Positions 53,692 to 63,324 of a stretch of DNA of 64,000 nt are shown piece by piece. Below the pieces are notes generated by a model, which did no database searches, was not told the origin of the DNA, and saw only the letters and a program-made list of their open reading frames with translations. Made by a program: the position numbers and the translations under genes. Within the stretch, counting starts at the first letter, position 1; every line of letters starts with the position of its first letter. This DNA comes from Epithemia pelagica (Eukaryota; Protista; Bacillariophyta), in the NCBI GenBank assembly GCA_946965045.2, contig OX337229.1, positions 2,728,001 through 2,792,000 of the forward strand. Reading direction: 5' to 3'.

Positions 53692-53847
53692 TTAGACTAT
53701 TCTACTCGGACTCAGCAGTCTCTTGTGACGGCCAAAGGAAAGAATGAGCATGTTGCCAAGGGAAGAAACATGGCAGTGTGACAACGCCAGGCGCGCACGC
53801 CGGGCACGATGTGTCTTGATCGTCTGTCGTGCGTACCGCAACAACAA
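53692..53847 (-). repeat. Split direct repeat A2
   Basis: 154/156 match to 59763-59918. Confidence 0.92.
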
Positions 53848-53924
53848 TGGCAAATTGCCACTTCAGTTGCGTCCCTCCTCCTCCCTCTACAAGACAGGAC
53901 AGAACTAGGTGTGATGTGCTGGGC

Positions 53925-53962
53925 GAAATGAAATGCTAGGAGCCCAACCTTGCTACCGCACC
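53925..53962 (-). repeat. Split direct repeat B1
   Basis: Identical to 53630-53667. Confidence 0.9.
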
Positions 53963-54140
53963 CTGTTGCAGGGCCAACATAGACGTGGAGGGATGGGAAG
54001 GATCGGAGGTCCGGGCAATAGGTTGTTTGATTTTTTTTTGTCGTTTGGTGGTGCAGGGGTGAGGCGGTTTGTAGTAGTGTGTGGATGTAGTTCCGTGTGT
54101 GTGGACGCAGTGTAGGTCCGGTGTCGTCGGAGGAAAGCGA

Positions 54141-55340
54141 CTAGGACGTGGTCGAGGAGGATGGGGACCAGTGGGCTGCCAGTTGAAGTACATGCTGCTC
54201 GCGCGGTGGGACGTCGGTGCCAGGTTCCAGCTGAAAGGCGCCATGGACATGCATTTTTGAGGCGAGGTTTTTGATGACGGGGGTAGCCTGCGCGTGTAGA
54301 TACCAAAACATCGCGTCAGAGCGCCATCGGCCGACCAACTTGATCATGTCAGAGTCTACCTGGGCACAGAGCAGGGCCATGGCGCCACCAGCACGCAGAC
54401 TTCGAGTCTGGACCTTTTCGGGGATGACACCGGAATCGGGCTCGAGGACAGTGGCGGAGCGCAAAAGGTTGGTGAGCAAGCTGGAGGTGACGACGACCCA
54501 GCCATTTGCATGACGGGCGATGGAACAGAGTGGGGTGTTGGGGCTCCCACCGATACTGCGGACGTGGATAATGCGTCGTGCCAGAGCCTTGGTCGGGCAA
54601 GCGACTACATGACCACTAATTCCGTGGGCGATGATTTTGCCTTTTTGTCGGTTCTTCTGAGTTTCGAAGGTGATGGAGGACGACGTTGCTTTGCGTAGTT
54701 CGTCGTAGGTGCATTTGAATGGTTCTAGTTTCCGTGTGCCAATGGAGAAGGAAATCTGGCGGGCACGCAAGGGTTTGTTTTCGTTGGTGTAACAGTGTTC
54801 TCCGGATCTCAGCATGTAATAGAAGGCGATCCATGTCATATCCATTACAACGGTAGCTTCTGGCTGTCGTTTAGAGGCGTCTGAAATGGCTTGCGCCTGG
54901 TTCATTATGCTGAGCGGAATGGGCTGGAGACGGACGGGTGCTGGGTCTGCATGGCGCATGCCTTTGAGTTGGGAGGCTGGGCGCTGGTCTATTGCACCAT
55001 ATTGATTGTACCGGGGGTCTGCGGCCCCCATTGAGACAAACGTTTTGGCGACGGCGAGTAACTCGTCAGCCACGGTATCACCGCGGACCGGGTCACCACT
55101 CCGGCTGCAGCGTCCGTCTCGCACTCGCTGAGCGAAGACCTGTAAGACGGGGATTTTGTCGTCAAAGGCTTGAAGGAAGGGGTCGAGCGCCAAGGATTGG
55201 CAAAAGGGGAGCCAGGACTTCGTCCAGATACGGTCTTGGGTGGCGGCACACTTTTCAGAGACGGCGGTTCTTGCCGTGTCTTGAGCAAGGCGGAGATCAA
55301 AATAGAAATTGTCTCTTGCCGAGGCCGGTGAAGCTGCCAT
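54141..55340 (-). CDS. Tyrosine recombinase of the YR retrotransposon
   Basis: YYMLRSGEH (R), TQKNRQKG (K), RSLRAGGA (HxxR position), LVGRWRSDAMFWY (W, Y). Overlaps the end of pol. Confidence 0.92.
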   Translation of the reverse strand: MAASPASARDNFYFDLRLAQDTARTAVSEKCAATQDRIWTKSWLPFCQSLALDPFLQAFDDKIPVLQVFAQRVRDGRCSRSGDPVRGDTVADELLAVAKTFVSMGAADPRYNQYGAIDQRPASQLKGMRHADPAPVRLQPIPLSIMNQAQAISDASKRQPEATVVMDMTWIAFYYMLRSGEHCYTNENKPLRARQISFSIGTRKLEPFKCTYDELRKATSSSITFETQKNRQKGKIIAHGISGHVVACPTKALARRIIHVRSIGGSPNTPLCSIARHANGWVVVTSSLLTNLLRSATVLEPDSGVIPEKVQTRSLRAGGAMALLCAQVDSDMIKLVGRWRSDAMFWYLHAQATPVIKNLASKMHVHGAFQLEPGTDVPPREQHVLQLAAHWSPSSSTTS

Positions 55341-57904
55341 GGTGTATGCTGTTGGTGAACGGAGTTAAAATGTGTGAGAAGCATAGAGTCAGAAAGGGAG
55401 AAGAGTCGTGACGCATCGTCCGCGAGGCGGTTGTGTTGGCCGGGGTAGTAGGAGACTTGATGTAAGTAGCGATGCTGTCGTTGGTGGAGACTGGCTGCGC
55501 GTAGGATGTAGGAGGCAGAACTGGCAGATGTGACGCTTCCGGCCCGATTCCAACCGACGGCCGCCGTGTTGTCGCATCCTGTAGCAATAGTTCTCTCGCG
55601 GACGTCTGCTACAGAGGCGAGTGTGTCGGCATGCAGTAAAGTGGCGGCGAGTTCGAGGTCGTTGTTTGTAATAGGGCCCGTGGGATTGGATGGGCTTTGA
55701 ATGTATTCACGGAGGCATGAGGGGAGCTCAAGGCGCCACACGATTGGTGGATGGTATGGGGTGCGCGAGGATGGTCTGGTAGGGGACAGCCAGACACCAC
55801 CGAATCCAGATGGGGCAGCATCACAGGCACCGACGAAGCTAGGATGAGTGGGGATAACTTCAGCAATCCGAGTGGGACGGGAGGTGATGTCTTGGGCAAG
55901 AGTCCACGGGTCTGTTAGTTGGTCTTGGACACATTGGTCTAATGTAACAGTAGTTTTGTCGTGGTGGTGGGACAGGGCGAGTTGGAGGTGTGAGAACATT
56001 CCTCGTCCGCCGGGTATTCCGATAAGCATACTGCGGAGTTCTCCCAAAAGTTTGTGCCAGTGAACGATTGGGACGGATGGTTTCCCACGGGTGTCGTGCA
56101 AAAGGCATAGGAGTTTTTGGCGGCGGTGTGGTGGGAGTTCGATTGTTTGCCGGAGGGTGTCAACGTTCCAGCCGAGCACCGTTTTGAATGTTGACCAACA
56201 GCCGTCCCCGCGAGCAAGTTTTTTGATGGAAACAGGTTCACGGCGGCCGTCAAGTTCGTCGGAGGGATCGTTGGGCCGAAAAACCGCGTCTGTACAATGG
56301 AGCAGGGTGCGACGGATACGGTTTAGACGGGGGGCGGAGCCTTGTGCAACTTGAATGGTGTCGTCGAGGTAAACGTCCGTGTGGGCGGTAGGGCCGCGAC
56401 GGAAGGGGACGAATTTTGAGGGTGGTGGTGTGGTTGTGTTTGGCAATGACCCAAGCAGTTGTTGGGGCGAAAGGCGAACCGCTGTTCCGTTGGTGGAGGG
56501 GGGAGGAACGGTGATGATGGGCCGGCCGTCAGAGGGTAAGGCTGGAGTGGTGCTCGCAATTGTTTCGAGGGGATGTTTTGGTGGGTCCCAAGAGCAAGCA
56601 ACAGTAAATTGGTTTGCCAGGTCGGCGATGGTCTCCGTCAACGCAGTAAATTGAGGAGGACTCTCGGTCCAGCCCATTGGTAGCGTTGTTGGAAACGCGA
56701 TTAGATCATCCGTAGCATGTGGTTCCCGAGGGAGAACAACACCAAGGCGTGGAACGTCAGCTGGCGCCAAGGGGACGCGGTAAAGTCCGTCTGACAGGTC
56801 TATTTTTAGGAGGTAGACCGGTCCGTGTTGGGGCGGAGCGGAAAGGATGGAGCGGAGTACGCGCTTCAAGGTGCCGCCGAATTGCATGGCTTCGGGGAAG
56901 GCTTGACGGTTGGTGGTGTTGTTGACGTTGCTGTAGGTATAATCCACAATGATACGGGGACGCTGTTCTCGCTGGGGGACGCATCCAATGGGTGAAATAC
57001 GTAGGTTTGGGAGGTGTCGAACGGCTTCGAATGGGAGCACTAGCCAGTAACCTCGACGGACCATGTCGGCCATGTCGTCGTAGATGAAATCTTGGTAGTC
57101 GAGCGCGCTTTTGTGGCAACCTCTTGCGGTGGCCATGGCGCGTTGGCCGTCGGTCCATTCTTGATCGACGGAAAGCACTGGAACTCCGGCTCGACGGAAT
57201 TCGGCTAGGATGGCTGCGGCTTTGTGCGGCAGTTGGGCGATGAAAGGGGCGATGCACGACCGCCCGCGGACACGATGCACGAATTCGGTCCAAGAGGAGG
57301 AAAGCAATGAAGAATGGGCAACTACTGACTTACCAAGGTCTGTGTTATTCGGGTTCATGTATGCGGGGGGGGGGGGGGGGGGGGGCTCGAGCGTGCGGGT
57401 AATTTTTTGTCCAAATGTTTCCGGGAGTATTGTGACTTGGCAGGGATTTTTAGGTGCGATGTCGAGGCAGTGGATGGAAAGGACGAAATGGACTCGGGTG
57501 TGGAAGGGGACGAGGGGTGGTTGGTGACAGACTTGGATGGTGTAGTAGGTGGCCTGGAGACGACTGGATAATAGAAACGAGGACGTTTCGGAGCAGGTGC
57601 TTGGAAGTCGTCTTGGCCTCCATCCTATTCCAGGTTGTCGGTGACAAACTTGGCCATGAGAGGTTGCTCGGTGGCGGAGAGTTCGCGATGGGTAGCTGCT
57701 CGGTTGCAGTTGGAGTAGCAACTGCCTCGCAGGTGGTAGCTCAGGCAGAGGGGGAGTGCATTGCCTGCTGCGTCGGTATCGGTGGACCGAGGGGCGTTGG
57801 TTGCGATGTCGCGGATTTTTTTGGACGAACGTTCGAGGGCGGCTTTCCAATCGGACGAGACGTGGGGGTTGGTGACCATGGCGCCACCGCGGCCGGGTGT
57901 ACAC
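54989..57904 (-). CDS. RT-RNaseH of the YR retrotransposon (true 5' end uncertain)
   Basis: ISPIGCVPQ…RPRIIVD, KIDLSDGLYRV, LPMGWTESP, YLDD; RNaseH CDAAPSGFGG, NNDLELAA, CDNTAAV, LADDASR. Confidence 0.93.
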   Translation of the reverse strand: MYTRPRWRHGHQPPRLVRLESRPRTFVQKNPRHRNQRPSVHRYRRSRQCTPPLPELPPARQLLLQLQPSSYPSRTLRHRATSHGQVCHRQPGIGWRPRRLPSTCSETSSFLLSSRLQATYYTIQVCHQPPLVPFHTRVHFVLSIHCLDIAPKNPCQVTILPETFGQKITRTLEPPPPPPPAYMNPNNTDLGKSVVAHSSLLSSSWTEFVHRVRGRSCIAPFIAQLPHKAAAILAEFRRAGVPVLSVDQEWTDGQRAMATARGCHKSALDYQDFIYDDMADMVRRGYWLVLPFEAVRHLPNLRISPIGCVPQREQRPRIIVDYTYSNVNNTTNRQAFPEAMQFGGTLKRVLRSILSAPPQHGPVYLLKIDLSDGLYRVPLAPADVPRLGVVLPREPHATDDLIAFPTTLPMGWTESPPQFTALTETIADLANQFTVACSWDPPKHPLETIASTTPALPSDGRPIITVPPPSTNGTAVRLSPQQLLGSLPNTTTPPPSKFVPFRRGPTAHTDVYLDDTIQVAQGSAPRLNRIRRTLLHCTDAVFRPNDPSDELDGRREPVSIKKLARGDGCWSTFKTVLGWNVDTLRQTIELPPHRRQKLLCLLHDTRGKPSVPIVHWHKLLGELRSMLIGIPGGRGMFSHLQLALSHHHDKTTVTLDQCVQDQLTDPWTLAQDITSRPTRIAEVIPTHPSFVGACDAAPSGFGGVWLSPTRPSSRTPYHPPIVWRLELPSCLREYIQSPSNPTGPITNNDLELAATLLHADTLASVADVRERTIATGCDNTAAVGWNRAGSVTSASSASYILRAASLHQRQHRYLHQVSYYPGQHNRLADDASRLFSLSDSMLLTHFNSVHQQHTPWQLHRPRQETISILISALLKTRQEPPSLKSVPPPKTVSGRSPGSPFANPWRSTPSFKPLTTKSPSYRSSLSECETDAAAGVVTRSAVIPWLTSYSPSPKRLSQWGPQTPGTINMVQ

Positions 57905-59757
57905 GTGTTGTCAGGGTTCTTGGTTTTCTGCTGCTGGGTCGGGGTGGACTTGTCCGTTTTTTGGCCGGGCTGTTTGGCGTCGTGTTGTTGCTCATGGAAA
58001 AGGCGCTCGGCTGGGGTATAAGGAGCGGCGGGAGTGGGGAAGGCCGGTGGGAGAGTCGCAAGGTAATTGGCCGGAATGTTGGGGAGCAGGTTGTATTGTT
58101 GGTGGGCGATCATCGCTGTGATGTCCGAAAAAGGTGGGAGTGGGGTGCTGCTGCCGACAAGAATCAATTCGCGACAATACGATACCATATGGGTTTGAAT
58201 CCAGCGCATGATGCGTGGGATGACCGACTGTTCCAGGTCCGGTTGGTAGCGGCCGGCGAGATGGATGGTGGTGGCTATTTTGGGCCAGTGCAGGAGGCAA
58301 AACTGACGAAAGGCGGTGGCAAAAGGATGGTTGATGCCTTGTAGGACGTCCAGTTGGACGCTTGTGGATGCCAGCATGAGACTGGCGGTGAAGTGGTCCT
58401 GGGGGATGCGCACTTCCTTGGTGGTGAAGGTTGCCTGTTCGCCAAGGGTGGGAGCGGCGAGGCCGTTGAGCATGGTGTCGTATTGTGTGGCTCGTAGCTC
58501 GATGGTTTTGCTGTGGGCGTCGCCGGCGAAGAGGCCCATGGTGAAGGGTTGACAACCTAGTGAGAGGTCGTGGAGTTCGTGGTCTTCCACGCCGAAACGT
58601 GCCGAGAGGACCATTTCTTTGGTTTCCTTCGAGACGATGGGGACTTGGTTGGTGGCGGCTCCGGCACTACGGGCACGCAACGTGACGGCGTTGCGTAAAA
58701 TGGTCAGGTGTTCGCTCTTATCGCTGTTGACCAATTGTTGGTAGACCGGTGGGAGTTGAGTTTCGGTGGCAACGGATGCAAAGGCCATCCAGTCCCTGGC
58801 GACAGTCTTGTACTTTGTAGCGGATGGGAGTTTGTCTTCCTTCTCCGCGGTACGCCGTGCTTCATCGGCGGCGCGCTCGGTGGCTCTGTCAGTGCGCATG
58901 GCGCCCAAGATGGTGGCGACTTGTTCAGTGCTGGTGCTTGTTGCTGGGGTGGGCGAAAGCAACGCCGGAATGTCGCGAGTGAGGATGGCCCAGCGGTGGC
59001 GGTCCAGTTGGGCATCGTCGACGATAGGAGGAAAGGCAGTAGGAAGATCGCCGATGTGTGTGGCTGGGTCGGCAACGTTGCGAGACTTCGAAGTGGAGGC
59101 GACGCGGAGCCAGGCAAGTAAGGGAGCGCAGTTGGCTTGGTTGTTGTCGGCGGCGATGGCTGTGGAGAGTGTGGTCCAGGCCTCACGTCGTGACAGTGAC
59201 TTGCCGAGCACCAGAGGCACGTATTTCCACGGTACTGGGAAGAGGCGGCGCGTAACGACTTGCTCAGAGTTGGCGGCTGTGGCGGCCAAGGCGGGGAGGA
59301 TGTCGACGGCCTGGTCAGCTGCCCAGGCTGCGTCGATACTGGCCTGGTTGAGGACGCGTTGTGCGTCGGTGAGGGAGAAAATGGAGTCGGGCGTTTCAAC
59401 CGTTTGGATGAAATGACTTCCCGGACGAAGGTCTCCGAGGAAGAGGAAGATCTTGTCGTCCCATTGAGGCGCTGGGTCCGCGAGGTCCGGCTCGTAGTAA
59501 GAAGGTCGATGCAGCGCAACGATTTTGCGGTCGCCATTGATGGAGACTTGGGCCAAGAAGACTTTGGGCACCGTGTTGGCCGATTTTACAACCGTTTCGA
59601 AAAGGTCTTCGGGTGTCACACAGCTGGTCGGTGAGAAAGGACCGAAGAGGGTTGTGTAGTCCCCGTTGAAGACGTCGGGCATCGTTTGGTATCGAGAGAG
59701 GTAGTTGGTGGACGGTGTGGCTGCCGTCGTGGCAGCGGCGGCAGGAACAGCGGCCAT
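57625..59757 (-). CDS. Gag-like ORF1 of the YR retrotransposon
   Basis: 710-aa ORF starting 5 bp after repeat A1; C-terminal CLSYHLRGSCYSNCNRAATH zinc finger. Confidence 0.85.
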   Translation of the reverse strand: MAAVPAAAATTAATPSTNYLSRYQTMPDVFNGDYTTLFGPFSPTSCVTPEDLFETVVKSANTVPKVFLAQVSINGDRKIVALHRPSYYEPDLADPAPQWDDKIFLFLGDLRPGSHFIQTVETPDSIFSLTDAQRVLNQASIDAAWAADQAVDILPALAATAANSEQVVTRRLFPVPWKYVPLVLGKSLSRREAWTTLSTAIAADNNQANCAPLLAWLRVASTSKSRNVADPATHIGDLPTAFPPIVDDAQLDRHRWAILTRDIPALLSPTPATSTSTEQVATILGAMRTDRATERAADEARRTAEKEDKLPSATKYKTVARDWMAFASVATETQLPPVYQQLVNSDKSEHLTILRNAVTLRARSAGAATNQVPIVSKETKEMVLSARFGVEDHELHDLSLGCQPFTMGLFAGDAHSKTIELRATQYDTMLNGLAAPTLGEQATFTTKEVRIPQDHFTASLMLASTSVQLDVLQGINHPFATAFRQFCLLHWPKIATTIHLAGRYQPDLEQSVIPRIMRWIQTHMVSYCRELILVGSSTPLPPFSDITAMIAHQQYNLLPNIPANYLATLPPAFPTPAAPYTPAERLFHEQQHDAKQPGQKTDKSTPTQQQKTKNPDNTCTPGRGGAMVTNPHVSSDWKAALERSSKKIRDIATNAPRSTDTDAAGNALPLCLSYHLRGSCYSNCNRAATHRELSATEQPLMAKFVTDNLE

Positions 59758-59762
59758 GGTGC

Positions 59763-59918
59763 TTAGACTATTCTACTCGGACTCAGCAGTCTCTCGTGAC
59801 GGCCAAAGGAAAGAATGAGCATGTTGCCGAGGGAAGAAACATGGCAGTGTGACAACGCCAGGCGCGCACGCCGGGCACGATGTGTCTTGATCGTCTGTCG
59901 TGCGTACCGCAACAACAA
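59763..59918 (-). repeat. Split direct repeat A1 (5' end of the element)
   Basis: 154/156 match to 53692-53847. Confidence 0.92.
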
Positions 59919-60281
59919 AGATCCCACTCTCTTATCGTTCGCAAGACATCACGAAAATAAGAAATTGCAGTAAGGTAAAGCACATGTCTTTGTCACAGTC
60001 ATACGTGAACATAACTAATAGGAGAAAGGTCACGTTTATGCCACTGCTTTCTTTGTTGAACGGGACGAATAATGCTTGAAAGATCCGGGAATCCCTCACA
60101 CCCTTTGTCACGCCTGACATGGTGGTCACGAACTTAATGATGGTGATGCCAACGCTTGTAAGCAACTGGTTTCCATTTTAATCAGCTATCTAATCAGTGC
60201 CAACGAACAGCAAATACACTTCACTCCCGCCGTCGCACAAACTCCGTCGCTCCAGTGTCTGATTGTCTCGGGACGACCTGT

Positions 60282-62359
60282 CTACTCGTTATTCTCGTAA
60301 ATGATTGGAATGGGATCCGGATTGTTGTCTGGATCATTCCCCACATATCCTTGCACCCCCAGGGTCATTTTTCCAGTCGATTCTTGCAACAAGGCACCAC
60401 ACAAATGAGGTGCGGCCATGCTGGTCCCAGTGAGCTGCACGTACCCCTCGTTCAAATGAGTGGAATTGATGCGCCGACCCGGACACGCGTAATCCACAGT
60501 CGTTTCGCCAAAGTTGCTCCACGAGGTCAAGTTCTTATCGGGCCTCAACGCGGAAATGGTGTACACATTGGTGCCAGTGGCACTGGCCGGACTAAAATAG
60601 CCTGTAGTGTTGTGTTAGATAAGAACCGTCCGTCCAAAACCAAGAAGCATGAGAAACACATCAGTTTGGTTCCAGCGAAAGCATACAAACAAAACCACGT
60701 ACCAGCGTCCATTCGAAAGTTTCCGGCAGCGATACAGAATTGGATGCCCTTTTGAGCGGCACGTTCCACGGCTTCGTTCATTTGCGGTACAAAGGGGCCT
60801 CCCAAACTAAGACTCGCCACGTCGCCCGCTCGTCCGTACTTTGCCTGTCACATGTCATGATGTGGCAGAAATGTGTGGGTGAGAGAACAAGAAACGTAGA
60901 CAAGTACACACGACCGTGAGGGGAAAAGGTTGCGCAACCGGAAGACTCACCACATGGTCAATTCCAGCGATAATTCCCGCAAGAGATCCAATTCGTCCAT
61001 CCAGCACCTTGACTGGTACAACCTTGGCTCCCGGAGCACTGAAGAGTCACAGTATATTCATGAGAAACTTTGGACTTGACCAACATATACACACACAGGA
61101 GATAGTAGATGCCACGTTGTTAAGAACTTACACGCCCAAGATTCCTCCGTCCTTTTTCCCCTTGGCGGCAATGATTCCAGCCACACTGGACCATCAATCC
61201 ATAAATCAAATCAAAACGACCATAGCACACGACAAGAAGAGAAAAAGGTAGGTTGCCATGAGCACGAGTTTTCTTGTAGGGAAGGATGATTGGTCGTTGA
61301 GTTTTTTTTAGTGGATCGACTTACTGAGTTCCATGTCCCGTGTCATCGTTCAAGGCATCCTTCCAATGTCCCTTTTTCCCCTTCAAGGCGGTAAAGGCAC
61401 TGAATCCCTTGCCTTCGTCAATCTTGAGATCGGGATGATGAGCAATACCCGAATCAATCACCCTGTTTCCATAAAAGACAACGACGACAAGAGGGAAACC
61501 GACAACCAGAATTTGTGAGCCAGATGGACACCAATCCAACACAGTTAACGTCAAGGAGACGTGTGTGTGCGTACCATGCGATATTGCCACCCTTGTAGTC
61601 GGGTGGCGCTTGACCTCCACTGAGGAGGGACACTCCCCAATCCACCAAGGATTCTTCCGTCTTTTTGGAACTTAGTTTGCGGGTCGAGGTTGCATCGTCG
61701 TCGTCATCTCCTTCGGGATCCTCGTCCACGGTCGTCCAGACGGGATCTTCATGGACGACTTGATCGGGAACGACACGTCGCACACCGGCTGTAAGTTCCA
61801 ATTGATTCACTTGCTCCGTACTGAGACCCGTCACGACAAACCCCTTAAAGGCATCGGATTTGTACACATAGTCTGGTTCTCGACCCAACAAGGCCATGGC
61901 ATGACCCAGGGGGTCATTGTCTGCGACATCAAATTCTACCACATAGGTGGTTCCAGCAGCGGGGTCGTCGGTAGCGGCGGCGGCAGGTGTTTCTTGAACG
62001 GGTTCCGTGGCTGTGGCTGGAACTTGTTCCATGATCGCAACTTCTTCGGGAGTCGATTCGTCGTGTGACAGGGCTTGATCAGCCCCACCATTGTCTTGAG
62101 GTTCTGGCACAGCGTCGGATTCCAATCCTTCTGGTTCTTCTTCTTGTGCGTTGGGATCAAAGATATCGTGCAACTCGCTCGACGATAGACCTCGACGGTC
62201 CGACCGCTCCGTTCCACGAAGGCCTCCTCCTTCGTGCGGTGCTGGAGTACCGTCTCCTTGACCAGAACCTGTACCCACCGAAAGAAGCAGCAGCAACAGC
62301 AACAAGGACGGCCGTGTCATGCGGGTGACACTGGACGGAACAAACATGATAGTGGACAT
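60282..62359 (-). CDS. Secreted subtilisin-like (S8) protease with an I9-like prodomain; 6 exons (62359-61575, 61462-61325, 61185-61132, 61038-60951, 60844-60703, 60601-60282)
   Basis: Spliced reading gives WVIDSG (D), HGTHVAGIIAA (H), AAGN and GTSMAAPH (S). All five introns are GT-AG and keep the frame. Signal peptide LLLLLLLLSVG. Confidence 0.92.
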
Positions 62360-63324
62360 GACGCGATAGATTCAGTTTTCGTTTTGTGTTTTTCTGAAAA
62401 GTGAATGCAAGCAGTCGTTGGATGACAAGCATGACAATCTCTGGAGGATGATGACTCATCTTGGAGAAAGAGAAAACGGAATCAACACACATGTTGAATC
62501 ACACATCTGTTGGACAGAAGCGAAAGGAAGCGGGAGAGTGACAAGAAGAGGCTTTCCACAGGACAGAAACGAGCCTTCACGAAATGGAGAGGAGGGTGCA
62601 ATCCATTTGCTCGAGGCGTTTGTAGATGCAACAGTGCGATCATCGGCCTCGAGAAGGTACGACACGCTTCCGAGTGGCCTCTGGTTCGGAGCAAGATGGT
62701 GATGGTGGGTGTCTTGCGTATGAGGCGGCCTGTTGTTTGGAACCAAGATGGCGGATTCCTGTGTGTCTGTATCTTGTTTACTCGCTCTTGTAATGTAGGT
62801 CTTGACGCATGATTGAATCGTGTCGCAGTGTCAGAAGCGCCAACGGACGGCGACCATGGTGGTAAAGAGGCAACCGAACGCCTGCTGCAGTGTAATGTGA
62901 CCAACAAAGTAGGATTGCATGTACGAAGAATCGCGTACAAAAAGGTGGTGGCGGCCGGAAGAGCTGTCCGCCTACGATATCACACGACGGAACAACGGCG
63001 CATGGGAGTCGTTCGAATACTCGTAGCTGTTATGCTCCGCACATCTTTTTGACGTTGCTCGTTTCGACACATGCAACCAGATCTTGGTTTGGATCTCTGG
63101 AATCTGGACTCTCGAGGCGCTTTGTCTTTTGTGGGGATAGTTTCTCGGTTCCGTGGGGGGATTTGGGGGACCACCCCCATAGTTTTGGAACTTCCACGTC
63201 GTACACCGTGATTCACCTTCTGTACAAGTCCCAACCGGAACCTCGACCGTCTCACATACAACGAGACGATTTCCCAACACACTTCATAAAAAGATGAGAT
63301 CCTTTCGGCCTTTGGACCGATGAG

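Larger units (their letters stand above)
53630..59918 (-). mobile_element. Tyrosine-recombinase retrotransposon (Ngaro/PAT-like) with split direct repeats A1-ORFs-B1-A2-B2
   Basis: A repeats 59763-59918 and 53692-53847 (154/156 identical); B repeats 53925-53962 and 53630-53667 (38/38); gag, RT/RNaseH and YR ORFs. Confidence 0.93.
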
